From the NCBI GenBank assembly GCA_040755855.1, contig JBFMAD010000003.1, forward strand, positions 128,001 through 192,000: a DNA stretch of 64,000 bases, given 5' to 3'. Source of the DNA: Planctomycetota bacterium (GTDB taxonomy: Bacteria > Planctomycetota > Brocadiia > JAADGH01). The position numbers and the translations under genes were made by a program. The notes beneath the pieces are model-generated. The model was not told where the DNA came from and searched no databases. It saw only the letters and a list, made by a program, of their open reading frames with translations. Below, piece by piece: positions 25,854-36,900 of the stretch; the stretch's first letter is position 1; each line of letters begins with the position of its first letter.

Positions 25854-27563
25854 CTATTCCAGCTTATACACCCGCACATCATCATACCATGCCGCATCCT
25901 CCGCCGATTCCTGGTCGCTGACGCCGAGGAGGATGACGAGCTTGCCGACGGTCTCGGGAATCTCGACTACTCCAAACAGCTCCGCCCACTGGTCGCGCGG
26001 GCCGTCGGCGAGGATGAACTTGTCCTGCGTCTCGAACGTCCACTTGCCCTCCGCCGTCTGCCAGCGCACGCGGATGCGGGAATCGCCCTTGCCCTGGATC
26101 TTCCGCACGGCCTGGATGGCGTAGCGTTCGCCTGCGGCAACGTCATAGCTCTGAATGAAGCATCCGTCTTTCACATTCGCGGCGCGCGCTGATCCCTTTC
26201 CGCCCGCGCCCGCCTCGCGGTCCCAAGTAAACGTGCCCTTGGAATCGCTGTGCTGCCAGGCATGCCACCCGGCGGGACAGCCGCCTTCCTTCCAATCTTC
26301 CTGCACGCCGCCGGGGGAGGCAGGCGGCGCGGTAGTGGAACCGAAGTCGGCATTGCGGGCCAAGTTGACCAGATTGCCATCCTTTTCCAACTCGCCAAGC
26401 TGCCTCCGCCCATACTCCACCGGATCGCGCGCGAACCAGAGCGCCTTCTCGCTGCCCGGCAGCGCCTCCGGCCAGGACTGCTCGTTGACGCGCTTATTCG
26501 GCGTGGGCCACCAGCGGAACTTCTCGCCGTAGATCCAGACGTACTCGTCCGCCACTCTCATCGCCGCGCCCACGTTGGCCCGGAGTTGGTGGAGGCGCGA
26601 CGGAAGATTCGTTTTCATGTAATACTTTGATCCCTCCGGGTTCGAGTAGGCGTCGAGATAGATGCCGAAGCTCACCTGCACCTGTGCGCGATACTTGGCC
26701 CGGTTCTCCGGCGACACCAGTTCCTGGCACGCGCCCTTGATCATGAGGGCCGATTCCACGTACTGCATCACGCTGTTGTACATGTAGGCGTACTCGCACC
26801 CGTCCACCAGCGTCACCGTGGGCGGCATGACATCGAGCCAACCATCCACGAAGGGCGGCAGCAGCCCGTAGCCCAATCGTTCCAGCATGGGCCGCGGGTC
26901 TTTGTGCCCGGTGGCCGTCGCGCATGAAATATTCATAAAATAGCAGAAGATCGTGATGTCGGGGTATTCCGAAAGGATGGCCTCCATCACCTGCCGACCG
27001 CGCTCGCGGGCCTGGGCGTGATACTCGTTGAAGGTATGTTTCTCCTTCTCCGGCTGCGCGGAGTAAGCGAACTGGATATGGGGCTTGGTATAGGGCTCTG
27101 GGTCGAAGAGGATGCCCTTGAATCCCCCTTGCTTCGCCACCCATGCAGCGATGCGCCAGTGCTCGACGATCTGCTTCCAACCTTCGTCGTCGAACCAATC
27201 CACGTTGCCGGGGTTCGCGCCGATGGTGATGAAGTTGTCCGTGAAGCGCGTGAACTTGCACGCCTTCATCTGGTCAACGCACGGCTGGAACCACTCGCGC
27301 TTCCATTCCTCGTTCTTGAACGCGGCGCGCATCTGGCAGCGTTTCTCTGCGTCAATCTTCCCCTCGCAGACGATCACGACTCCATCGAAGGGCCGCTTCT
27401 CTATCTCCGCCAGGTTCGCAAGCAACCGTTCGGTGTCCGGCTTGTCCCATCCGGTGGCGATGAGCTTCTTGGGGCGGCGCATGTCTTTGATTTCATCAGC
27501 CCGTCCAGTCATCATGCCTATGAGAAAAGCCGCCGCAACAAAGGCGAATACCATGCGCGCCAT
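25854..27563 (-). CDS. Exported hypothetical glycoside-hydrolase-like protein with C-terminal CBM-like domain
   Basis: Signal peptide; PFDGVV, KGILFDPEPY; C-terminal NLARNADF...AWYDDVRVY jelly roll; GGAGG RBS. Confidence 0.6.
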   Translation of the reverse strand: MARMVFAFVAAAFLIGMMTGRADEIKDMRRPKKLIATGWDKPDTERLLANLAEIEKRPFDGVVIVCEGKIDAEKRCQMRAAFKNEEWKREWFQPCVDQMKACKFTRFTDNFITIGANPGNVDWFDDEGWKQIVEHWRIAAWVAKQGGFKGILFDPEPYTKPHIQFAYSAQPEKEKHTFNEYHAQARERGRQVMEAILSEYPDITIFCYFMNISCATATGHKDPRPMLERLGYGLLPPFVDGWLDVMPPTVTLVDGCEYAYMYNSVMQYVESALMIKGACQELVSPENRAKYRAQVQVSFGIYLDAYSNPEGSKYYMKTNLPSRLHQLRANVGAAMRVADEYVWIYGEKFRWWPTPNKRVNEQSWPEALPGSEKALWFARDPVEYGRRQLGELEKDGNLVNLARNADFGSTTAPPASPGGVQEDWKEGGCPAGWHAWQHSDSKGTFTWDREAGAGGKGSARAANVKDGCFIQSYDVAAGERYAIQAVRKIQGKGDSRIRVRWQTAEGKWTFETQDKFILADGPRDQWAELFGVVEIPETVGKLVILLGVSDQESAEDAAWYDDVRVYKLE

Positions 27564-27751
27564 GTTACACCTCCCGCTTCCTATGTCTCTTGTCCACGTA
27601 TCCTGCATTACTCTATGCCGAACGCCGCGCAACGTCCAGTCCTTTTTCCGTTGTGGATCGCCAGACTCCCGACTATAATCATCGCCTGAAGTTGTCGGAC
27701 GACTGCATCACACACAGGACTGTCACCGGAACCCGGTTGGAGGCGCTCGCG

Positions 27752-30415
27752 ATGGTTCGGTCGCAAAGCAGCATGATCGTGTTCGTTCTGTTGAGTTCCA
27801 TTGCCACGGTTTTGGCGCAACCCAAGATTGGGATACCCGAGATCGTTGAGCCAAGCGGCCTCCGCCACGCGGCCGAGTTCCGTTTTGACATGCAGGCGCG
27901 CTACCAGAACCCGTACGACCCGGATGAGATTCGGGTGGACGCCCTCGTTATCGGGCCATCGGGACAGAATTGGGTCGCGCCGGCGTTCTGGTTTGAACCG
28001 TACAGCAGGACGGTCGAGGAATCCAAGCTCGAACTGGACCAGATTCGGCTCTTTCGCTTTTATATATCCGCGTCGGAATTCGGGAAGAACCAGACGATCC
28101 GCTTTGCCCTTGATGACATCGAGCTGCTGAACTCGAAGACCGGCGTTAGGAGAATTATTGACGACTTCGAGGGAGACATCCGATGGCAAGCCCAACAGGG
28201 TGTTACCATTGAAAAGAGCGACGATCAGACCCACGGCGGCAAGTCGGCCCTGCATGTCACCATCGTGACCAATGAAGAGGGCAGCGGTTGGCCGGGTGTG
28301 AACCTGAGCCTCAACAACGAGGACTGGTCAGCTTACGACTCCATTCGCATATGGGTCCGCCCCTTGCGCGGGCTGGAGCGCGGGACAATCGGCTGCGAGT
28401 TCTACAACGTCCAGCGACACAAGTTCCAGACGCACATCTACGAGCCGTCGGCGATCATTCAACCGCCGACATGGCACGAAAGCGAATGGATGCTGCGCGC
28501 ACCCATGCCCAGGTCGGTCTGGGCGCCGGCCGGCCAGGGATCGTGGCGCGTGCGCCTCGCCGTCCCCGAAGATGGGGACTACTCGATTCGGCTGAAGGCA
28601 AAGGATGCATCGGGCGAAACCGAAGGGGCAACGGCAACATTCCAATTGAAGCGCACGGAACCGGACGGGTTTCTTCGCGTTGACGAGAATACGAAGCGCT
28701 ATTTGCGCTTCGATTCGGGCAAGGCGTACCTGGCCAGCGGGACAAACCTCATCAGCAGCGACGTTACGGTCAATGAGTACTACGTCCCCAAGTTCGCTGC
28801 GGCGGGATGCAATTTCATGCGCTTCTGGTTGTCCGGGCGATCGCTGGGCATCGAGCGGGACAAGCTCACGCAATACGACCAGGAGCGCGCGGCGGCGCTT
28901 GACGTGTTTGTCAATCTCGCACGAGACCATAACACGTATCTCATGTTCTGCCTGACCGACTTCCGCGAGGCTGGCGATTACCACGACCAACATTACTGGA
29001 AGGATGTGGCCTATTCAAAAGTTTGTGATACCCCGCACGAGTTCTTCCGCGGCGAGACGGCGATCCATGCCTATCAGAAGCGTCTTCGCTATGTCGTCGC
29101 GCGATGGTCGGCCAGCGCCGCCGTGCATAGCTGGGAGTTCTTCAACGAGGTCAACATCACCAACTCGTGGAAGGACGAGCCGGACTCCGTCCGCACATGG
29201 CATCGAATCATGGCCGAGCATCTTCGCGCTATTGACCCCTACAAGCATGTCATTACTTCCAGCTTCGCCCAGATCGAGGACGACGATCTCTGGACGCAGC
29301 CGCTCATGCAGATTTCCCAGCGGCATTTCTACACGGGCGATTTCGTGTCCTTCGCCGATGCTCTGAGCGAGGCGACGCGCATCCTCGAACATCACGAGAA
29401 GCCGAGCCTCGTCGGCGAGTTCGGCCGCGCCAAGAACCGATACACCAAGGAGGACGCCGAGGGCGTGAGCCTGCACAACGGCATCTGGGCCCCGCCTATG
29501 TCCGGCAGCTCCGGCACGGGCATGCCGTGGTGGTGGGAATGGATAGACCAATACGACCTCTACCGCCACTACGCGGCATTCTCGGAATTTGTCAAGGATG
29601 TGCGGTGGCATGAGGAGGGATTCGTCCCGATTGAGGCAAAAGACATCAAGACAGAGATCGCCGACGATCCGAAAAGCCGGCCCCTGCAGGTCGTTCGAAT
29701 CACACCCGTTTCCGGTTCATTCCAGGAGGCCACGTTCAATCGGCCTGTGACGGTCACGGTGAAAAATGACGGGACGCTCGACCCGCCCGACCTCATCAGC
29801 AATTTTCCCCATGGAATCCGCCATCACAAGGACCTTCACAATCCCCAAACGTTCCGGGTGAATTTCCCGGAAGCTGGCACATTCAACGTCTATGTCGGCG
29901 GCGTGTCGGGCCATGGCGGCGCGACGCTCAAGATCGTGCTCGACGGCGAAGTGAAACTCGACAAGCCCTTTACCGATGCCAGCAAGGAAGACACGCAGAT
30001 GATGACGGAGTATAACGGGTGCTACTCCGTGGATGTCCCCCCTGGCGAGCACACGATCACGCTGGAGAACACAGGCACCGACTGGTTCCGCATGCCGCTC
30101 ATCACGCTGACAAACTACGGCGAGGCCAGGCCGGAGGTGGAGGTCCTCGGCCTGCGCGGGAAGCAGTCCTGCCTGCTCTGGGTGCGGAACGCGACGTATG
30201 TCTGGTATGCGCCGCTCGTGGACCTGAAGCCCGTCGCCGCGCGGGACGTAGTGCTGCGCATGTCGGGTCTGGACCACGGCAAGTACGAAGCGAGACTCTT
30301 CGATCCCCAGACTGGCAAGTGGCTAAAGACACTAAACATCGAGTACAATGGCGGGATCGCGATCCCCCTGGGAACGATTGTGAAAGACATGGCCGTTCGA
30401 CTGACCAAAAAATAG
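27752..30415 (+). CDS. DUF5060-containing clan GH-A (GH5-like) glycoside hydrolase
   Basis: Signal peptide; NPYDPDEI, RYVVARW, WEFFNEVN (acid/base) and VGEFG (nucleophile). Confidence 0.78.
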   Translation: MVRSQSSMIVFVLLSSIATVLAQPKIGIPEIVEPSGLRHAAEFRFDMQARYQNPYDPDEIRVDALVIGPSGQNWVAPAFWFEPYSRTVEESKLELDQIRLFRFYISASEFGKNQTIRFALDDIELLNSKTGVRRIIDDFEGDIRWQAQQGVTIEKSDDQTHGGKSALHVTIVTNEEGSGWPGVNLSLNNEDWSAYDSIRIWVRPLRGLERGTIGCEFYNVQRHKFQTHIYEPSAIIQPPTWHESEWMLRAPMPRSVWAPAGQGSWRVRLAVPEDGDYSIRLKAKDASGETEGATATFQLKRTEPDGFLRVDENTKRYLRFDSGKAYLASGTNLISSDVTVNEYYVPKFAAAGCNFMRFWLSGRSLGIERDKLTQYDQERAAALDVFVNLARDHNTYLMFCLTDFREAGDYHDQHYWKDVAYSKVCDTPHEFFRGETAIHAYQKRLRYVVARWSASAAVHSWEFFNEVNITNSWKDEPDSVRTWHRIMAEHLRAIDPYKHVITSSFAQIEDDDLWTQPLMQISQRHFYTGDFVSFADALSEATRILEHHEKPSLVGEFGRAKNRYTKEDAEGVSLHNGIWAPPMSGSSGTGMPWWWEWIDQYDLYRHYAAFSEFVKDVRWHEEGFVPIEAKDIKTEIADDPKSRPLQVVRITPVSGSFQEATFNRPVTVTVKNDGTLDPPDLISNFPHGIRHHKDLHNPQTFRVNFPEAGTFNVYVGGVSGHGGATLKIVLDGEVKLDKPFTDASKEDTQMMTEYNGCYSVDVPPGEHTITLENTGTDWFRMPLITLTNYGEARPEVEVLGLRGKQSCLLWVRNATYVWYAPLVDLKPVAARDVVLRMSGLDHGKYEARLFDPQTGKWLKTLNIEYNGGIAIPLGTIVKDMAVRLTKK

Positions 30416-30439
30416 TGTCACAAGGAGGATAACCGGCAA

Positions 30440-32251
30440 ATGAGTTCATATCCAAGCATTCAACGTCCAGCAATCACGGTCTTGCTGTGCATCCTTGCCA
30501 TCGGGTCATCGGACTGCTACGCCCGCACCATCCTCCGCGAGTCATTCGAGACGACCTCAATGGTCCACTGGGGCCATGCCTGGGGCAGCGCCGCGGTAGT
30601 CACGGAGCAGGCCCACGCGGGAACGAAGTCCCTCAAGTGCATCGTCGAGGACAAGTACGGCATGTCCGTCCACTATTGCGATTTTCCTGCACGACCCGGA
30701 GCGACCTACGAACTCTCCGCATGGCTCCTCATACCGAAGCAGGAGAAGGAGTGCTGCCCCGTCCTCCAACTATGCACCGAGCAATGGGGGCCGATGCTCG
30801 CCCAGGCCAAGCCGGAAAAGACGGGCGAATGGGTGCAACTTCGTTGTTCGTGGAAGAACGAGGAGAACCGAGCGACCGTCCGCGTGGCCCTGCACAACGC
30901 CCCCATGAAGGCGGGCCTCGGCGGCGCATACTACTACTGGGACGATGTCACACTTGCGGAAGAAGGAGGTACCATGGAAGTTCCCGGCGCACGTGGGAAG
31001 AATCCCAATGTCATCCAGGGTCTCGCCGTCACACCGGCGGGTGGGATGAAGATCGCCATCGCTGCGGGAAAGGCGCACGTCGCCGACCGCGAGGTGACCG
31101 TCGAGGCGGCAACCGTTGACATCGCGCCGCAGCGTGTGCTCGTCATCCACTATGAGCAGCATCGCCTCAGCGATGAGGCCCCCGGCGGATACGCCAAGGC
31201 GACCGCTCTCACGCACTGCGTCGGCATGGGCCCGACGCTGCCGGGCATCGTCGATCCCGCGTCCATCGTCGTGAAAGAGAAACCCGATGGCGACCTGATC
31301 TACGAAAAGGGCAAGGACTGGCGCGCGGATGACCTCTGGGGCCGCATCGGCCGCATCCCGGAGGGCCGGATCAAGGCGGAACAGACGGTGTTTGTGGATT
31401 ACCGCGTCCGACTGCAGCGCGTTGACACGATCTGCATCTCTTTCGATGGAAAGGTTTATGCACGCCAGGGCGTCAGCGAGAAGGTCTGCCCCACGATTCC
31501 CGGGGCGGATTATGGCAGTCTGGCCCTATGCAACATATACCTCCCCTTCGGCTGCGCGGAGATCACCGAGGAGAACATCTATCCTATCGGGCTGCCCTTT
31601 CCCCATCCCGACCTGGATTTTCTGGAGACGCACCGCCAGCGTGTGGCCGAGTTCCGGGCGAAGCTCGATCGCGGCGAGGACGTGACCCTCGTCACGTGGG
31701 GCGACTCGGTCACATGCGGCGGCGACGCGACAAGGCCGGAGTATCGCTTCGCCGACGCCTTCGTCCAGGCCCTGCGATACAAGTATCCCCAGGCGCGGAT
31801 CAAACTCGTCAACGCGGGACGCGGCGGGTGGAACTCGAACAAGAGCCTTCCGCTTTTCGAGGACGACGTGCTCAAACACAAGCCCGACCTCGTCACAATC
31901 GAGTACGTGAACGACATGGGCATTACCGAGGAGAACATGCGGAAGAATTATTTTGAGGCCATTGACCGCATTCGCGCCATCGGCGGCGAGGTGATCATCA
32001 TCACCCCTCATTTCACCATGCCGCAGATGATGAAACTTGCCGGGGTTGGGACCCCCGAGACGCGGGCGGCCGTCGGCGTGCTCCGCAAAATTTGCGAAGA
32101 GAAGAAAGTCGCCCTCGCCGACGCCTCGAAGCGCTGGGAGCATCTGGCCGCCGAGGGCATCCCGTACTATACGTATCTGCGAAACGGCATCAACCACCCG
32201 AACGATGCGGGACACCAGTTGTTCGTGGACGAGCTGATGAGATTGTTCTGA
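30440..32251 (+). CDS. SGNH/GDSL esterase with N-terminal CBM-like domain
   Basis: WGDSVT, NAGRGG, EYVND and INHPNDAGH; signal peptide. Confidence 0.85.
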   Translation: MSSYPSIQRPAITVLLCILAIGSSDCYARTILRESFETTSMVHWGHAWGSAAVVTEQAHAGTKSLKCIVEDKYGMSVHYCDFPARPGATYELSAWLLIPKQEKECCPVLQLCTEQWGPMLAQAKPEKTGEWVQLRCSWKNEENRATVRVALHNAPMKAGLGGAYYYWDDVTLAEEGGTMEVPGARGKNPNVIQGLAVTPAGGMKIAIAAGKAHVADREVTVEAATVDIAPQRVLVIHYEQHRLSDEAPGGYAKATALTHCVGMGPTLPGIVDPASIVVKEKPDGDLIYEKGKDWRADDLWGRIGRIPEGRIKAEQTVFVDYRVRLQRVDTICISFDGKVYARQGVSEKVCPTIPGADYGSLALCNIYLPFGCAEITEENIYPIGLPFPHPDLDFLETHRQRVAEFRAKLDRGEDVTLVTWGDSVTCGGDATRPEYRFADAFVQALRYKYPQARIKLVNAGRGGWNSNKSLPLFEDDVLKHKPDLVTIEYVNDMGITEENMRKNYFEAIDRIRAIGGEVIIITPHFTMPQMMKLAGVGTPETRAAVGVLRKICEEKKVALADASKRWEHLAAEGIPYYTYLRNGINHPNDAGHQLFVDELMRLF

Positions 32252-32326
32252 TGTAAGCCGGTGTCGGGCCAGGCTACCCGCACTGGGTAGGAGGAATGGC
32301 TGTCCGTGCAATCTGGAGTATGATCC

Positions 32327-32851
32327 ATGCAGATCATCAAGAGCTCAAGGCACCAAAAGATCATTGGCGAGTTCGGCGAACATGTGATATGCAATTGGCT
32401 GTCGCGTTCCGGGTTTGAGGTCACGCGGGTGGACCATACGGGGATCGATATTCTTGCGTACAATCCATCCACTCGCAAGCGCCTTGGCCTCACAGTCAAG
32501 TCCAGAACGCGGAATCTCGGCAAAGAGCAGACCAAGGTGAACGTCCTGTCATACCAAAAGGGGAAGAATGATCGGAAAAAGCTCTTGGATGCCTGCAAAT
32601 CTTTTGCATGCACACCATGGGTAGGAATCTATGTTGAGACTGCTGATTCTGCGGACGTTTACCTCACGAGTCTGGAGAATTACGACCGGAAATACCGTGG
32701 AAAACAAGGCAAATCGCTCGATTGCTGGAACATGAAAGAGTCCGACAGGGAACGGTACGCGCGTGATCCCAATGTCATGCACGTCGGTGTTACCTTTCAT
32801 GCCAGGAACTGGTTTGCGAGTGATCCTGAATCTGGTACAAAGTGCCCGTAG
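32327..32851 (+). CDS. Putative PD-(D/E)xK nuclease-like protein
   Basis: GEFGEHVICNWL...GIDILAY...LTVKSR pattern; GGAG RBS; lower GC than neighbours. Confidence 0.55.
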   Translation: MQIIKSSRHQKIIGEFGEHVICNWLSRSGFEVTRVDHTGIDILAYNPSTRKRLGLTVKSRTRNLGKEQTKVNVLSYQKGKNDRKKLLDACKSFACTPWVGIYVETADSADVYLTSLENYDRKYRGKQGKSLDCWNMKESDRERYARDPNVMHVGVTFHARNWFASDPESGTKCP

Positions 32852-32908
32852 GAATGGCGTATCCAGTTTGAGCAGGTCGTACAGCAGTGTCAAACAGGGA
32901 GTTCCATC

Positions 32909-33907
32909 ATGAAATCAGGAATTGAAAACCAATCTATCCGGGGCGAACCGTTGCCTAACATCCCCTGGGAGGAGCGACCGAAGGGATGCAAGGATGTGGC
33001 GTGGCGGTCAAGCCGGAATCCCGTCATCCCTCGCGATGCGGTCCCGACATCGAACAGCATCTTCAACAGCGCCGTCGTGCCGTTCGAGAAGGGGTACGCG
33101 GGCGTCTTCCGATGTGACGACCGCTCCCGCCAGATGCAGCTCCATGTGGGTCGAAGCAAGGATGGGATCAAGTGGGAGATCGAGCCGAAACGAATCCAGT
33201 TCCTCTGCGACGACCCGGAGATCGGGAAATTCCAATACGGCTACGATCCGCGCGTCTGCTGGATTGAGGACCGCTACTATGTGACCTGGTGCAACGGCTA
33301 TCACGGTCCCACCATCGGCATCGCCCACACGAACGATTTTGTGAAATTTCACCAACTCGAAAATGCCTTTCTGCCTTACAATCGCAACGGGGTCATGTTC
33401 CCTCGGAAAATCAACGGCAAGTACGCCATGCTCAGCCGCCCGAGCGACCGGGGGCACACCCCCTTCGGCGATATTTACTATAGCGAAAGTCCCGACCTGT
33501 GCCATTGGGGCCGGCACCGCTTTGTCATGGGCACGGCGGGCGGGTGGCAGAGCACCAAGATCGGCGCCGGGCCGATCCCCATCGAGACGGAGGAGGGTTG
33601 GCTGCTGATCTACCACGGCGTCTTAACCTCTTGTAATGGCTTTGTTTACAGCTACGGCGCAGCGTTGTTGGACCTTGACCGGCCGTGGAAGGTGATCCAT
33701 CGCGCCAGGCCCTACCTCATGTCGCCGCAGATGCTCTACGAGTGCATGGGCGACGTGCCGAACGTCGTCTTCCCCTGCGCCGCGCTCACTGACGCGCCGA
33801 CCGGCCGCATCACGATCTACTACGGCGCGGCAGATACGGTGACGTGCATGGCGCACACGCAGGTGGACGATCTGATCGAATTCATCAAGACAAATCGAAT
33901 GGCATGA
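32909..33907 (+). CDS. GH130 beta-mannoside/mannooligosaccharide phosphorylase
   Basis: [48 protein letters not shown] and YYGAADT. Confidence 0.93.
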   Translation: MKSGIENQSIRGEPLPNIPWEERPKGCKDVAWRSSRNPVIPRDAVPTSNSIFNSAVVPFEKGYAGVFRCDDRSRQMQLHVGRSKDGIKWEIEPKRIQFLCDDPEIGKFQYGYDPRVCWIEDRYYVTWCNGYHGPTIGIAHTNDFVKFHQLENAFLPYNRNGVMFPRKINGKYAMLSRPSDRGHTPFGDIYYSESPDLCHWGRHRFVMGTAGGWQSTKIGAGPIPIETEEGWLLIYHGVLTSCNGFVYSYGAALLDLDRPWKVIHRARPYLMSPQMLYECMGDVPNVVFPCAALTDAPTGRITIYYGAADTVTCMAHTQVDDLIEFIKTNRMA

Positions 33908-33929
33908 GCAACAAGTCTTCAATGCGGAG

Positions 33930-36900
33930 ATGGCCATGAAACTGAGCAGGATTGTTTTGGCCGCACTGATTGTGTCGGGGGCAAACGCTGTCCTGGCATT
34001 CAACGGCCACATCGTCACGGAAGGTCCGTTGACACTGACCATCGGACCCATCGAGGAGGTGACCGATTATGACGCGCCGCGCGACGTGGAGGTAAGCCTG
34101 AAGAACAGCAGCGACTTCCCGCTGAAGATCCGATTGCAGATGCGCAATCTGGTTGACGAGTGGCGCGCGGTGGGCAACGCCGAGGCGACGGTGGACGCCA
34201 AACCGAACGAAGAGTCGAAGACCACGTTCCGTATCGCCGCCGGCGAGGGCGCCTGCTCGGCACTGTATCCGGTCCATGTCTATGCTACGTTCGAGCACGA
34301 AGGCAAAGAGATCGTCGCCCACGCCGTCCAAGTCTTCGAGTCGAACTTCAAGAAAGAAGTCGCCGCCTCGACAAAGCCGGCGGAGATGGAGACCGCCATC
34401 GTTCCCGGCCACGGCGCCCTGCCTCTCTACCCATTGCGCAGCCATCGGGTGACATGGTGTTACTACGACAAGCCGCTTGTGTACATGCCCGTCGGCTGGC
34501 AGGGTTCTGCGCCGGATTCGCGGGCGAACTTCGCGCGGCAGCCCGTCGCCCGCGGCGTGACAAAGCCCGCCTTGCAGATGCATCCCCCCTGGCAGCCGGG
34601 CGGCGGATCAATCTTTGCCGAGTATCGGGTCAAGCTGCCCGATGAGAAACCGATTAAGCTCCTCTTCGCCAACGCCATCCGCGACAGCGCGCCGACAGAG
34701 CCGAAGAGCGACGGCGTCACATTTAGTGTATGGATCGGCGATGAAAAGGTGTTTGATCGCCATAGCGATAGCAAGGTCTGGCTCGACGGCGAGGCGGACC
34801 TGAGCAAGTTCGCGGGCAAGGAGGTCCTCCTGCGCCTGGAGAGCCACCCCGGGCCGAACCGCAACACCACCTGTGACTCCTGCTATTGGGGCGAGCCGGT
34901 CGTCGTCGCGGGCGAGCCGCCGGCCCAGCTTACCGATGAGCAACGCGCCACGCTGCGCGAGCGAGCCCGGAAGGCAGTTGGGGCGACGAAAGGGGCAGGT
35001 GACGACGAGCTGGTGTTTGCTCTGGAGGACGGCTGCGTTGCGGCCATCGTCCTCGGCGTCAAGGGCCTCGCCGACGCGGCCATCGCCTTCGGGAAGGAAA
35101 ATCAGTCGGTTGTGTTCGACGGGTTGTCCATCGAAGTGCTTCAACACAAGGTCGGGCAGTGGCCGTCGCAGATCGCCCTTCGGGAAGTGAAAGTGGATAA
35201 GCCCTGGTTATTCGGAAATGCGAAAATCACGCATCGCGTCCAGTTGGGAGACGAACGGTTTGACGTAACGGCGGAGTTGTGGCAAGAGAAGGCCGGCCTG
35301 CGCGTCAGAGTGACCTCTCCGAAGCGGATCACGGACATCGCCCTCGGCCCGGCCGACCGCAAGGCGCCGAAGGTCTACTACGGCCATGGGTATTGCATCG
35401 TCGAGCCGGAGGCGTTCAGCGCCGGTTTTGGCGGGCACAATCTCGCCACCAGTCACGTGGGGTTCGAGTTCGAGAACGGCGTCTCTCTACTCACCGCTTG
35501 CGACAGCCCACCGGACCGCCTCGAAGTGAATCCGGATCAGAATATCTATGCGCTGCACACGCATATGGATACGATGTTTACCTTCGTGCCGAGCGTCAAG
35601 AGCGCCCTGGACTGCGCGATCAAATACCGCCCGATGTATGACAAGAAGGCGGCCGGCGGCGTGAAGCGCAAGGCGGGGCGGTTTGTTTTCGACATCTGGG
35701 GCGGGCGGTATGCCGAGATCGCGGAGCGGATGCAGCGGGCAATTGACTACGGCCTGACGGACTCGCTGCTGACCGTGCACAACTGGCAGCGATGGGGGTA
35801 CGACTACCGCCTGCCGGATATCTATCCGCCCAACCCGCAGTTCGGTTCGCTCAAGGACATGCAGAAGATTGCGGAGGTCTGCAAGAAGCACGACATCCCA
35901 TGGGGGCTGCATGACAACTACATTGACTTTTATCCCGACGCTGAGGAGTACACCTACAACCATATCTGCTTCACCGAAGGCGGCGGCCAGCCCATCAAGG
36001 CATGGATCAACGAGGGCCGCGATGCACAGAGCTACCGGTGGCGGCCGGACTGCATCATGCCTTTCGTGAAGAGAAATCTGAAACTCGTCAAGCCGAACCT
36101 GGGGCCATCGCACTACTTCATTGACGTATTCACGTCGGCGAAGTGCTTTGATTTCTATGACCGGGCGGGAGATTTCCATCCGAGCACCGAGACGCGGAAA
36201 TGCTGGGGCGAGGCCTTCGCCTGGATTCGGGACTATCTCGGCGGCAACGCCCCCACTACCTCCGAGGCCGGCCACGACCAGCTCATCGGCTACTTAGATG
36301 GGGCGGACTGCCAGCACCTGCAGCTCACGAGGGATACCCATCCTCCCGGCAAGCGGCACTGGTTCTACATCCGCCTCCTTCAGAAGGACTGGGAGCGTGT
36401 GCCGTGGTTCGATGCGGTACTCCACGACAAGTTCAGTCTGCATGGGGTTGGCTATAGCGGCAGGTATCAGGGGGACCGTTCGCGGCGCGACCACGGCATC
36501 GAGAGCGACGACTACATCAGCGCGGAGATTCTCTTCGGCCACGCCATGATGACCGACTCCGCCGCCTTCGGGCAGGGGGCGGTGCGGAAGTACTGGCTGG
36601 CCCAGGACTTCATCCACAGCATCGCGCTTGACGAGATCGTGGACGCGCAGTTTGTGGACAACGACATCCACCGGCAGATCGTGATATGGAAGTCGGGGGC
36701 GAAGGTGTGCGTCAACCGGTCCGAGAAGGACTGGACCATCGAGGGAAAGGTGCTGCCGCAGTACGGGTATTATGCGAAGAACGGCGAGATCGAGTCGAGC
36801 ATCGAGCGGATCGGCGGCGTGATCGTCGAGCAATCGCGAGGCCCATCGGGGTTCTATGTCAACGGTCGTGGATACGATACGGACGATCGCCTTCGGATTC

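Noticed and set aside
19456..32908. Integron cassettes for the small foreign genes
   Set aside because: No convincing attC (RYYYAAC...GTTRRRY) sites or integrase seen.
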